This document shows, piece after piece, positions 25,701 to 32,910 of a stretch of DNA of 42,406 nt. Source of the stretch: Burkholderiales bacterium (lineage in GTDB: Bacteria > Pseudomonadota > Gammaproteobacteria > Burkholderiales > Burkholderiaceae_C); contig JBBSCV010000001.1 in the NCBI GenBank assembly GCA_038249925.1, positions 1 to 42,406 on the forward strand, given 5' to 3'. A program made the position numbers and the translations under genes. Numbering within the stretch: position 1 is the first letter of the stretch; every line of letters begins with the position of its first letter. The notes under the pieces were generated by a model. That model did no database searches, was not told the DNA's origin, and was given only the letters and a program-made list of their open reading frames with translations.

Positions 25701-26614
25701 CCATTGGAGAGACGGGCGAAGATGTAGGTCTTGAGGTGAAAGCTGCTGCCGCCCGTAACGAAGACGCGGACATCGGCGCCCTGCTCTTGAAGCAGCAACA
25801 GGAGTCGAAGCGCTTCCGGGTCAGTGATGTCCAGGTAGTCGCTAGTGAGCACACGGACCTTGCGTCCGCCCGCGCTGCCGAGCGCGGCCTGTAGATCAGG
25901 CAGAAGAAGACGAAGGCCCGTCGCCTTGATGAACGCCACAGCGAGGTCGACCTCAGTCGCCTGAGACATCGCCGCGGAAAGCTGCGGCAGAAACGGGTCG
26001 CTGCCGCCAGTGACCAATTTGTTTTGAATGGGCTCCTTTGCGACCAGGGCGTTAATCCACTGTTCGCTGCGCTCGGGCCTGTTATCCGCGCTCACCCAGA
26101 TTTCGACCGAGGAGACGAGCGGCAACAGCGATAGCCAGCTACGAAGTGCGATGTCGTCGGCGTCGGTGAATCTACGGCCCGCGTGCTCGCGCTCACCGGT
26201 TCCTAGCTTGAAGCTCACATATAGGCACCCGCCAGGTCGCAGCGCCCGCCACAGGCGCGTCAGGCACGACGGTAGTTCGGCTGCGGGAACATGGAGCAGG
26301 CTGGCGCAGCACCAGATCCCGTTGTAGGTCTCGACCTCCAGGACATCCCCAAAGGTTCGAACGCTGACATCGAAGCCGCAGTGCTTGCTGGCAAGCAAAG
26401 CCAGTTCGGGGGAGGCATCGAAGGCGCTGACCTTAAAGCCGCGATCGGCGAAGGCTTTGGAGTCTCTTCCCGAGCCACAGCCGGCGTCCAAGATGTGCGC
26501 GTTCGCAGGCAGTCTGGACAGGAAGGCGTCATGCAGCATTGACATGTCGACGAAGGCTGTCGATGCGAAGAAGCTGTGCGCGTTCCTCCTGTAGTAGTCG
26601 TCGTCCAAAGTCAT
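22784..26614 (-). CDS. Fusion: class I SAM methyltransferase + PLD nuclease + SF2 (ResIII-like) helicase + S24-like domain + DUF3427 (SauUSI-like restriction/defence protein)
   Basis: ILDAGCGSGRD and GIWCCASLLH (MTase); FHLKTY...GSSNIS...LEWN (PLD); ATGLGKT, DEFHH, GLTATPDR, FNEGVD, QQLGRGLR (SF2); IACG...GNSM...IRDGDYLL (S24); YHDHW...FHWQSQN...LFVR (DUF3427). Confidence 0.85.
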   Translation of the reverse strand: MTLDDDYYRRNAHSFFASTAFVDMSMLHDAFLSRLPANAHILDAGCGSGRDSKAFADRGFKVSAFDASPELALLASKHCGFDVSVRTFGDVLEVETYNGIWCCASLLHVPAAELPSCLTRLWRALRPGGCLYVSFKLGTGEREHAGRRFTDADDIALRSWLSLLPLVSSVEIWVSADNRPERSEQWINALVAKEPIQNKLVTGGSDPFLPQLSAAMSQATEVDLAVAFIKATGLRLLLPDLQAALGSAGGRKVRVLTSDYLDITDPEALRLLLLLQEQGADVRVFVTGGSSFHLKTYIFARLSNGELVEGTAFVGSSNISRQALQEGLEWNYRVVYPADRGFLEARTRYVEIFSHPRTVALSDAWIEAYEKRRVPPPRAVAPGSHEQEAPPEPTAIQQAALAALHETRQQGFRRGVVVLATGLGKTWLAAFDAAQANARRVLFVAHREEILAQAAATFVRIRPRARVGYYMGRSRDAEVDVLCASVQTLGRAAHLERFTPQHFDYVVIDEFHHAAAATYRRLLGHFAPAFLLGLTATPDRTDQSDILSLCDDNLVFTRNLFEGIEAKLLSPFHYYGILDESVDYREVPWRNGRFDPEELSNKLATLARARHAIREWRSRAQKRTLAFCVSIRHAEYMESQFQKAGISSAAVYAGSALGRAQALEQLRDGQLSVVFSVDLFNEGVDLPGIDTVMMLRPTESKILFLQQLGRGLRLNDEKTHLVILDFIGNHQSFLQKPQALFGVGSTYKALAAFARKAEQGRLELPDGCYVNYDLKIIEFLKSLDSAGTQKDYEALRASLGRRPTLAEFYRSGASVQAMRQQHGSWFELVDAMGDLQEDEARALKALAGLPREVEATPMTKSFKMVLLEAWLELDGLVTPPTVAALAQRSWDVLHRRPSLLGDLPEATAKLPDGHDDRWIRYWRDNPINAWIGGNRAAAASAFFRVGDDRFSLAQQLPADEAEAAEGLLQELTAYRLATYEVRRPVEAEASNVIPFTPKQRPEVELPYFPNLKIACGHFRAGRTDAEEHRTLPSAYGKLDATRHFIARASGNSMSGGKNPIRDGDYLLLELVSPSNAGSITGTVMAIERQDESGGDNQYLLRVVTKTKDGSYILKANNPAYEDLQATDEMRTLARLKAVVDPLDLVVGQPFAREDIPPLFGETFNPGSWNVGHVVLNDKKVHVLLVTLNKQGKAQEHRYHDHWIDEHTFHWQSQNATTPASKRGQEIIDHVAKGIAIHLFVRETKLGGGKAASFVYRGPVTYQSHIGSNPMSVTFKL

Positions 26615-26728
26615 GCTTGCTGGAGCCGCATGGGCGCTAGACCGGTTTTTGGATGCTCGAAGTAAAGCGTCTCACCGATGCTTGGTCTGAACGCTGGGCC
26701 GTGGGTCTGATAACCACTCTGACGGCGA

Positions 26729-26938
26729 TCACGGAGCGCTCGGGATTCGCTCGAAGAGTTCGCCTACCGAGACATCGAAGAGCGTGCAAAGCCTATCGAT
26801 GGCATCCAGGTCAACGCGTACTGCTGTCTCGTCGTACAGCAACGTGATCGTGTTTCGGTGCAGCCCGGTTTCGCGCGCTACATCCGCGATCTTCAGCTTG
26901 CGTTCCCCCATGAGGCGGGAGAGGTGGCACTTGATCAT
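26729..26938 (-). CDS. XRE/Cro-C1 HTH transcriptional regulator (probable element repressor)
   Basis: LKIADVARETGLHRNTITLLY...IDRLCTLFDVSVGELF; divergent from xis-int. Confidence 0.9.
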   Translation of the reverse strand: MIKCHLSRLMGERKLKIADVARETGLHRNTITLLYDETAVRVDLDAIDRLCTLFDVSVGELFERIPSAP

Positions 26939-26957
26939 GTCGTTCCCAAAGCGGTTA

Positions 26958-27026
26958 TGTCATCCAAAACGACAAAAAGCCTTGACAGGCGACTTTCTGG
27001 TGGCCAGAATGCCATTTAGGATGACA
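26958..27026 (+). promoter_or_regulatory. Sigma70 promoter for xis-int flanked by two inverted 17-bp operator-like boxes
   Basis: TTGACA (26982-26987), 17 nt, CAGAAT (27005-27010); boxes TGTCATCCAAAACGACA (26958-26974) and TGCCATTTAGGATGACA (27010-27026), 14/17 identical when inverted. Confidence 0.75.
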
Positions 27027-27088
27027 AAAGCCCCGGTGAAAGGGAAATTTGTCGATCTGATTGTCAACCTGCAATGGAGGAACGCCAA

Positions 27089-27328
27089 GTGCCCGATTCA
27101 ACCTTTTTGACCACCGAGGAACTCTCGGCTCGCATCAAGTACGACCCGCGGACCATCCGCGAGCGGCTGAAAGACAGCGTTCTGCTCGAGGGAGTGCACT
27201 ACATCCGGCCGTTCGGTGGCCGGAAAATCTTGTTCGTGTGGGAAACGATCGCCCGCGACATGGGCCAGTCGTCGGCTGCTGGCCGCAGTGCCATCCCGAT
27301 GGCCAACGGGGGCGTGCTCCATGGCTAG
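27089..27328 (+). CDS. Excisionase/recombination directionality factor-like small DNA-binding protein
   Basis: FLTTEELSARIKYDPRTIR...LLEGVHYIRPFGGRKILFVW winged-HTH pattern; GGAGG RBS before GTG 27089 (alternative ATG 27074); overlaps the int start. Confidence 0.7.
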   Translation: MPDSTFLTTEELSARIKYDPRTIRERLKDSVLLEGVHYIRPFGGRKILFVWETIARDMGQSSAAGRSAIPMANGGVLHG

Positions 27329-28574
27329 CATCCGCGTCCGCAAAGAGTCGGGCCTACTGTTCTTCGACTTCCGGTTCCGCGGCCAGCGGTGCCGGGAGCA
27401 AACGTTGCTTCAGGACACGCCGGCCAACCGCAAGCGCCTCGAAAAGGCCCTCGCCAAGATAGAGGCCGACATCGCCGCCGGCACCTTCGACTACGCAGCC
27501 ACCTTCCCCGGTAGCCGAAACATTCCGGCAGGTGAACCCAAGCCTGCACCCGCGGCACCACCCGGCACCCCCGCGTTGCCAACGTCGGCGGCTGCCGCCG
27601 CTGCCGCCAGCCCCACCCCGTCCTTCAAGGACTTCACCGCCATCTGGCTGTCCGAGCACCAGATCGAATGGCGCCGCTCACACGTCAAGGTGCTGAAGTG
27701 CACCCTGGACGGCCATCTGCTGCCGCACTTTGGTGACAAGCCAGTCGGCGCGATCACCAAGGCCGACCTCATGGCCTTCCGCGCCAAGCTGGCCGAGTTG
27801 CCGGGCCGCACCGGCGCCAAGCTCAGCAACAAGCGCATCAACGGCATCCTGGCGCCCCTGAAGCAGATCCTGGCCGAGGCGGCTGATCGGCACGGCTTTG
27901 TGTCGCCGGGCATCAACGTCAAGCTGCTGCGCCTGCGCAAGACCGACGTCGAGCCCTTCACGATCGAGCAAGTGAAGCAGATGTTGGCCACAGTGCGCGC
28001 CGACTGGCGCCACTACTTCACCGTGCGCTTCTTCACCGGCATGCGCACTGGCGAGGCCCACGGCCTGAAGTGGAAGTACGTTGACTTTGACAAGCGCCTG
28101 ATCCTCGTCCGCGAGACCTTCGTGCTGGGCGAGGACGAGTACACCAAGACCGACAGCTCGCAGCGTGACATCCAGATGTCGCAGGTCGTCTTCGAGGCGC
28201 TGCAGGCTCAGCAGGCGGCCACAAGCAAGCTCAGTGATTACGTCTTCTGCAACAAGGAAGGCAAGCCGTTGGACAACGACAACTTCGGCAGCCGGGTCTG
28301 GTATCCACTGCTGCGGCACCTGGGCCTGAAGAAGCGCGGGGCCTACCAGATGCGCCACACCGCGGCCACGCTGTGGCTGGCGTCTGGCGAGGCGCCGGAG
28401 TGGATCGCCCGCCAACTGGGCCACAGCAGCACCGAGATGCTGTTCCGCGTCTACAGCCGCTACGTGCCGAACCTGACGCGGCAGGACGGATCGGCCATCG
28501 ACCGGTTGCTGGCCACACGCTTTGCTACCAGCAACGCGCCTAAGCCCGCCCAGCTGACGGAGGTGCAGCCATGA
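27321..28574 (+). CDS. Tyrosine recombinase/integrase with N-terminal arm-binding (DUF3596-like) domain
   Basis: LFFDFRFRGQRCREQT...GTFDYAATFPGS arm domain; catalytic FTGMRTGE, TKT, YQMRHT, QLGH, YSRY. Confidence 0.95.
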   Translation: MASIRVRKESGLLFFDFRFRGQRCREQTLLQDTPANRKRLEKALAKIEADIAAGTFDYAATFPGSRNIPAGEPKPAPAAPPGTPALPTSAAAAAAASPTPSFKDFTAIWLSEHQIEWRRSHVKVLKCTLDGHLLPHFGDKPVGAITKADLMAFRAKLAELPGRTGAKLSNKRINGILAPLKQILAEAADRHGFVSPGINVKLLRLRKTDVEPFTIEQVKQMLATVRADWRHYFTVRFFTGMRTGEAHGLKWKYVDFDKRLILVRETFVLGEDEYTKTDSSQRDIQMSQVVFEALQAQQAATSKLSDYVFCNKEGKPLDNDNFGSRVWYPLLRHLGLKKRGAYQMRHTAATLWLASGEAPEWIARQLGHSSTEMLFRVYSRYVPNLTRQDGSAIDRLLATRFATSNAPKPAQLTEVQP

Positions 28575-29032
28575 GCCAGCCCTTCCGTCACGCCGACGAA
28601 GCCAGCTTTGCGGTTCAGGTGCGCCTGCGCCGCAATGCAACGCCCGCCGAGGAAGTCGAGTTTCAGCGGCGCACCGAAGACTGGCTGGCGCTGCATGAAC
28701 TGCGTGCGGACGGTTCCCAGGTCTCGTTCGCCGTGTTGGCTGACCGGGAGCTCAGCGCCATCGACCAGGCCAACACGATGTTGGCCCTGCTGGATGACCC
28801 GGCCGTGCGCCATGCCCGGGTTGGACCGCTGGTCGCGGATGCCGACACCCCGGCTGCAGCGGTATCCGGCCGCCTGTGGGTGGAGGCCGATCGCCAGGAC
28901 CCGCTACTGGCCGCCGCCCGCGATCTGTACGAAGCAGGGCGCCTTGACGGTGAAGGCTTCCTGGAAGCGCTGGGCAGCTACGTCTGGCGCCCCCTGGATG
29001 ACGTCCATCAGGATGGGGAGGACCTGGCGTGA
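28571..29032 (+). CDS. Hypothetical protein, N-terminal half weakly YggL/DUF469-like
   Basis: ATGA overlap with int, GGAGG RBS; FAVQVRL...LRADGS...PAVRHARVGPLV pattern. Confidence 0.55.
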   Translation: MSQPFRHADEASFAVQVRLRRNATPAEEVEFQRRTEDWLALHELRADGSQVSFAVLADRELSAIDQANTMLALLDDPAVRHARVGPLVADADTPAAAVSGRLWVEADRQDPLLAAARDLYEAGRLDGEGFLEALGSYVWRPLDDVHQDGEDLA

Positions 29033-29907
29033 AAGCCCCACATCCCCAAACGCCTGATGACCTGCCAACGCCCGCAGCCGTTTACCTGCTGCAGCGGCGC
29101 GATGGCCTGCGCTTCAAGATCGGCTGGTCGCTGGAGCCCGTGGTGCGCGTGCAGCGCCTGCCCGAGTTCCTGGCTGATGCGCTCGATCTGGCGGGCTCGC
29201 ATGCGGTGTGGTTACCAACACCACGCCGCGCCCGGCAAGTGGAGCGTGCGCTACACCGCAGCCTCGCCACCTACCGCGTGCAGCCAGGGCATGCGCTGGA
29301 CGGACATACCGAATGGTTCTTGCCGGTCGCGCATCGCGCAGCCATCCGGCTCATTCGGCAGATGCCGATCGCTGCAGAGGCATCGCTGCCGCCATCGATG
29401 GTGGGGCTTCTCAGCGAACCCGCTGACCGACAGCTGAAACAGGCCGACGACGCTGACAGCGCCGTGGTCGTACAGGCCCAGGACACGCTGTGGGCCATGG
29501 AAGACCTGTTGCTGCGCGTGTCCGCCTGCTGCTCCGTTGCGGTGGAACGAATGGCCGATGGCCATGCCATCCGGCTGATCGGCTTTCGGGTGCGGGTCAG
29601 TGGCGCGCTGGATACCCTGCGCTGGGCCGTCCTCGACATCGACCGCTACAGATGGCGAACCGCTGAACGAACGGGGTCCCTGGTGCACTTGATGGCTTTC
29701 GAGGGCAGCGACCTCGTGTTGCAGATTACCCCAATGCGGCAGATTCGGACCTGGGCTGACGGCGCCCTGGTCTGGCAGGTGCTGGCCTTGCTGGAGCGTC
29801 TGCGCACGCTGGCCGGCAGGGCAGACTCGATTGCCGTGAAGGTTCAGGTGCCCCAGCCAGCGCGGGGTACGAAGGCAGCCTTCAGCCTCCGCCGAGGTGC
29901 GCCATGA
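29029..29907 (+). CDS. T5orf172/MUG113 (GIY-YIG-like) domain protein
   Basis: VYLLQ...FKIGWS..PVVRVQRL...VERALHRSL...GHTEWF; GTGA overlap with the upstream gene. Confidence 0.75.
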   Translation: MKAPHPQTPDDLPTPAAVYLLQRRDGLRFKIGWSLEPVVRVQRLPEFLADALDLAGSHAVWLPTPRRARQVERALHRSLATYRVQPGHALDGHTEWFLPVAHRAAIRLIRQMPIAAEASLPPSMVGLLSEPADRQLKQADDADSAVVVQAQDTLWAMEDLLLRVSACCSVAVERMADGHAIRLIGFRVRVSGALDTLRWAVLDIDRYRWRTAERTGSLVHLMAFEGSDLVLQITPMRQIRTWADGALVWQVLALLERLRTLAGRADSIAVKVQVPQPARGTKAAFSLRRGAP

Positions 29908-29916
29908 GTTGCTCTG

Positions 29917-30198
29917 TCATGCGGTGGGCGCGGCAGTCTTGGCGCGCGCTCTGGTGGGCGCCTCGGCCTCGAAGAGCTGGGCTACGGGCACCTTCAGGCT
30001 GCCCGCCAGCGCATCAATCATCGTCAGCGTGGGGTTGGCCTGGCCGGTCTCGATGCGGCTCATGTACGTGCGGAACAGGCCGCACTTGTGGGCCAGGTCC
30101 TCCTGCGTCATGCCTGCGGCCAGCCTGAGCTGGCGGACTCGCTTTCCGAACTTGACCTGGACACCTGCGCGCACTGCAGGACTGTCCGGTCGGTACAC
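29917..30198 (-). CDS. XRE-family HTH regulator, controller (C)-protein-like (start uncertain)
   Basis: FGKRVRQLRLAAGMTQEDLAHKCGLFRTYMSRIETGQANPTLTMIDALAGSL. Confidence 0.88.
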   Translation of the reverse strand: MYRPDSPAVRAGVQVKFGKRVRQLRLAAGMTQEDLAHKCGLFRTYMSRIETGQANPTLTMIDALAGSLKVPVAQLFEAEAPTRARAKTAAPTA

Positions 30199-30275
30199 TC
30201 ATTCGTACACACACTGATTCGCACATTGAGCGCGTCCTGACGGACCGTGCCAGTGATGCGAACTAGGGAGAAATC

Positions 30276-31595
30276 ATGGAATCGTTCGTTCAGTCGCTGT
30301 TCCACAAGCAGCGTGCTTTGCTCGTTATCGGCCTCATCGGCCTGCTTACCCTGTCGGCCTGTGGCGGCGGTGGCGATGCCGGAAGCACACCAGCCGTCGC
30401 CCAAGACACTCGCGAAACATCGGTGACACCGACCACCACACTGCGGTGGCAGGGTGGCGGGTTTGATGGCATCGGCATCTCCGGCATCACACAAGCCAGC
30501 GACGGTGGCCTGTGGGTGCTGGGGGCCGAGGGCGGCTTGTTCGGTCGGCCCTTCCTGCGCAAGGTGGAGGGCACGAGCCGCTGCGGCCCGGACGGCCAGC
30601 GCTTCCTGTCCGAGATCTACACCCGGTTCGAACGTCAGCAGTTGCCCAGTGCGCCGACGCCGGTGCAGGACGGCCGCTTCTATGCCGGCTTCACTGGGCC
30701 CGGGACGGTGTTCGTCGCCCGATTTGATGAGACCACTTGCGCCGTGGATGCGAGTTTTGGCGACCGTGGCGTCATGAGCATTCCCATCGCGGGGCTGGTC
30801 ACCGTCACCGGGATCACGCTACGGCGAGACAGTCGCGGTGGCGTGCTCGTGGCCGTCAGCATCCCGGGCCAGATGCTGTTGCGCCGGCTCACCGCTGCCG
30901 GCATCTGGGACGACAGCTTCGGCACCAACGGGCTGGCGACCAACCCGAATCCTGACAGCTTCTGGCTGGGCGGCTTGGCCATCGCGCCGAACGGCGACAT
31001 CCTGGCCAGTGGGGCGGTGTCCATCCCGGTGGCGTTCCAGCCGGCCATCCTGAAGCTGGATGCTCGGGGTGCGCCGGTGACAGCTTTCGGCACCGGTGGG
31101 GCGCAGCGGTATCCGCAGCTGAGCCTGGGTACCGGCAATACCAGTTCGATGCTGGTGGAAGCCGACCGCGTGATCGTTGGCGTCGCCACGGGCTCGTCAG
31201 TGGCCACCAGCGACTTCAACTCCAACGACAGCGCGGTGGCCGCCATCGACCTGCAAACCGGCCAGCTCAAAGCTGACTTCGGAACTGGCGGCTTCCTGCG
31301 CTGGGACTGGGGCTACAACAGCACCGAGGCCACCGCCGGCTGGATTCCCAACGGCCGCGGAGGCTACACAGGCTGCGGCCACGTCCTGAAGAGCCTGTTG
31401 CTCGGGCAGGCGGTGTCGCTGGTCGACATCACTGCCAACGGCCAACCCGACCTAACAGTCGCCCACCAGGGGCGCCGGCTGATAGCTGGCACCAACGTCG
31501 CTACTTGTGCCGGCCTCCTGCGCATGGCCGACGGCCGGCTGGCAGTGGCCGCCAACGACGGTGGTCAAGCCGTGGTGATGTTCTTCGCCCGATGA
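30276..31595 (+). CDS. Lipoprotein with delta-60-type repeats (probable beta-propeller)
   Basis: Lipobox LSA-C then GGGG; repeated DxxFGxxG units (DASFGDRG, DDSFGTNG, TAFGTGG, ADFGTGG); GGGAG RBS. Confidence 0.75.
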   Translation: MESFVQSLFHKQRALLVIGLIGLLTLSACGGGGDAGSTPAVAQDTRETSVTPTTTLRWQGGGFDGIGISGITQASDGGLWVLGAEGGLFGRPFLRKVEGTSRCGPDGQRFLSEIYTRFERQQLPSAPTPVQDGRFYAGFTGPGTVFVARFDETTCAVDASFGDRGVMSIPIAGLVTVTGITLRRDSRGGVLVAVSIPGQMLLRRLTAAGIWDDSFGTNGLATNPNPDSFWLGGLAIAPNGDILASGAVSIPVAFQPAILKLDARGAPVTAFGTGGAQRYPQLSLGTGNTSSMLVEADRVIVGVATGSSVATSDFNSNDSAVAAIDLQTGQLKADFGTGGFLRWDWGYNSTEATAGWIPNGRGGYTGCGHVLKSLLLGQAVSLVDITANGQPDLTVAHQGRRLIAGTNVATCAGLLRMADGRLAVAANDGGQAVVMFFAR

Positions 31596-31627
31596 CAGCC
31601 CAAGCAATCAACCAGGAGGAACACCCC

Positions 31628-32326
31628 ATGAAGAAGGCTCACACCAACCAACATCGTCGTCGCCTGCTGGCCATGGCCGCTCTACCTGGCGCATTGCTGA
31701 CCGCCACGCCAGCCCACGCCGTGCTGGACTGGCTCGCAGAGCGCGCAGCTCAGAACCGCAAGAAGCGCTACGAGTCTGTTCTCGACAAGATTCTGGTCGA
31801 CGCCCTGTATGTGCTGGAGGAAGACGGAAAGAAGGAAGGACTGGTTCCAGCCCTGCGCCAGGCAGGGTACAAGCTGAACGGGCTCAACCCCGATCTGCTG
31901 GCGATGGAAAGAATCCTTGGCAACACGGGCGACATGGCCTCCGCCACCGAAAGGATGCGGGCGTTGGTGCCCGATGTGGATGCCGACCCCGTTGCTGCGC
32001 TGTACGCGGGTGCTGGCAAAGCCAGGGGCAACAGCGTGAAGGCCTACAAGCCAGCTTTCGCCAATCGCGTGAACGGGATGTTTAAGCAGCCCCTGGTGTT
32101 CGGGCAAGGACGGGTCGAGTGGTTCGACCGAGACCTCACGTTCATCGAGTGGTCGCCAGAGGGCAGGGTGGTGAGCCTGCTGCTGCACGCCTACCAGGCG
32201 AGCACGTCGATGGGCGTATTACTGACGCGGCACTCGACGGTGCTGCTCGGGCCAGCCAACGCCAGGCATCTGGAGAACAACATCCGCAACAGCGAGTTTG
32301 CAGACTTTGAGCTGCGGACGCTTTGA
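31628..32326 (+). CDS. Hypothetical exported protein with twin-arginine-like signal
   Basis: AGGAGG RBS; MKKAHTNQHRRRLLAMAALPGALLTATPAHA. Confidence 0.7.
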   Translation: MKKAHTNQHRRRLLAMAALPGALLTATPAHAVLDWLAERAAQNRKKRYESVLDKILVDALYVLEEDGKKEGLVPALRQAGYKLNGLNPDLLAMERILGNTGDMASATERMRALVPDVDADPVAALYAGAGKARGNSVKAYKPAFANRVNGMFKQPLVFGQGRVEWFDRDLTFIEWSPEGRVVSLLLHAYQASTSMGVLLTRHSTVLLGPANARHLENNIRNSEFADFELRTL

Positions 32327-32518
32327 GCGGTTGGAGGGCGCACGTCTTCTTGGCGGTGTTGCGGCCGACGAGGCCGCGATCACTGTGACTTGCTGCGCGC
32401 GAATAATCGATACCTGCGCGGCGTACAGACCCTCCTGGGGCTGCAGGGGCGTGCCCACCTGCAATCGCCGCATCAATCTTCGGACAAGCGTTGGCCATGG
32501 GCTGTAGAGTGAAGCGCC

Positions 32519-32752
32519 ATGGACGCGGACGACCTTCAGCATATGCGTACGCTCGCTGCCGTGGTGCGGCGCATCGTTGATGAGAGCGGCGACCCAGCAG
32601 GGTTCGATGCGCTGGCCTGGACCCTGCAATGGGTTCATGCGCCCGTGCCTGCGCTGGGTGGTGCGACACCCCTTGACTGCATGAGATCTGCAGAAGGACG
32701 GGCGCTTGTCGAGACCCTCGTCCTTCGACTGCAGTCAGGTGCTTACAGCTGA
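32519..32752 (+). CDS. Xre/MbcA/ParS antitoxin C-terminal-domain (DUF2384) protein
   Basis: WVHAPVPALGGATPLDCM.SAEGRALVETLVLRLQSGAYS signature. Confidence 0.85.
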   Translation: MDADDLQHMRTLAAVVRRIVDESGDPAGFDALAWTLQWVHAPVPALGGATPLDCMRSAEGRALVETLVLRLQSGAYS

Positions 32753-32910
32753 GGCCGGTTAGTTGTCTGCGGCGCTGCCGATGAGAACGCCAGTTAGCTC
32801 GGAGCTGTGGCGGCTATGCAGCGGATGCCGTCCGTCGGTGACGGCAGCCGTACTCACGCTAGCCAGGAACTTCCAGTCGTTCGACTTGACGACCATCCTG
32901 CGAGCGCGAT

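Noticed and set aside
26030-26614. N-terminal methyltransferase as a cognate DNA methyltransferase of a type II/III R-M system
   Set aside because: Lacks visible DPPY/NPPY or PC catalytic motifs and a target-recognition region; resembles small-molecule class I methyltransferases
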